DNA from: Octopus bimaculoides | Lineage: Eukaryota | NCBI RefSeq assembly: GCF_001194135.2 | Contig: NC_068988.1 | Coordinates: forward strand, 29,941,741 to 30,005,740 | Length of the DNA stretch: 64,000 bases | Reading direction: 5' to 3' | Shown here: piece after piece, positions 63,948 to 64,000 of the stretch | How positions within the stretch are numbered: position 1 is the first letter of the stretch | Layout: each line of letters starts with the position of its first letter | The notes under the pieces: generated by a model | Told to the model about the DNA's origin: nothing | The model's database searches: none | Seen by the model: the letters and a program-made list of their open reading frames with translations, nothing else | Made by a program: the position numbers and the translations under genes

Positions 63948-64000
63948 TTTTGCAGAAAAAAGTGTGGGTGGCCTGGCCACCCACACTTTTTTCTGCAAAA
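63948..64000. repeat. Perfect palindrome, 26-bp arms around a single T
   Basis: ttttgcagaaaaaagtgtgggtggcc-t-ggccacccacacttttttctgcaaaa. Confidence 0.95.

Overview
Eukaryotic, AT-rich, microsatellite-dense draft scaffold with many N gaps. The SINE/LINE families and repeat style suggest a cephalopod (Octopus-like) genome, which is an inference. One protein-coding gene is visible on the + strand. It has four coding exons (21875-22595, 57397-57612, 60602-61051, 61887-62516), all joined by GT-AG phase-1 introns (intron 1 is about 34.8 kb), and it continues past the window. Exon 1 encodes a signal peptide + LNS/Laminin-G + EGF module closely resembling the head of alpha-neurexin. The later exons encode tandem pentraxin-like/LamG_3 domains (C-x2-D-x3-C-x2-G motif) rather than neurexin LNS2, so the gene looks like a neurexin-headed chimera. 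The rest is repeats: several tRNA-derived SINE families, RTE, CR1 and RLE-type LINE fragments, and Tc1/mariner, pogo, hAT and piggyBac-like MITEs. Notable non-coding observations: a small retroelement carrying minimal hammerhead-ribozyme motifs (one copy as an inverted pair with a 14-bp TSD, one with a tRNA-like B box), a CpG-decay boundary at about 25-26 kb that looks like a gene-body methylation footprint, a telomere-repeat MITE with a 6-bp TSD, and a perfect palindrome at the window edge. All analysis was by eye; no searches were run. Repeat boundaries are approximate unless a TSD is given.
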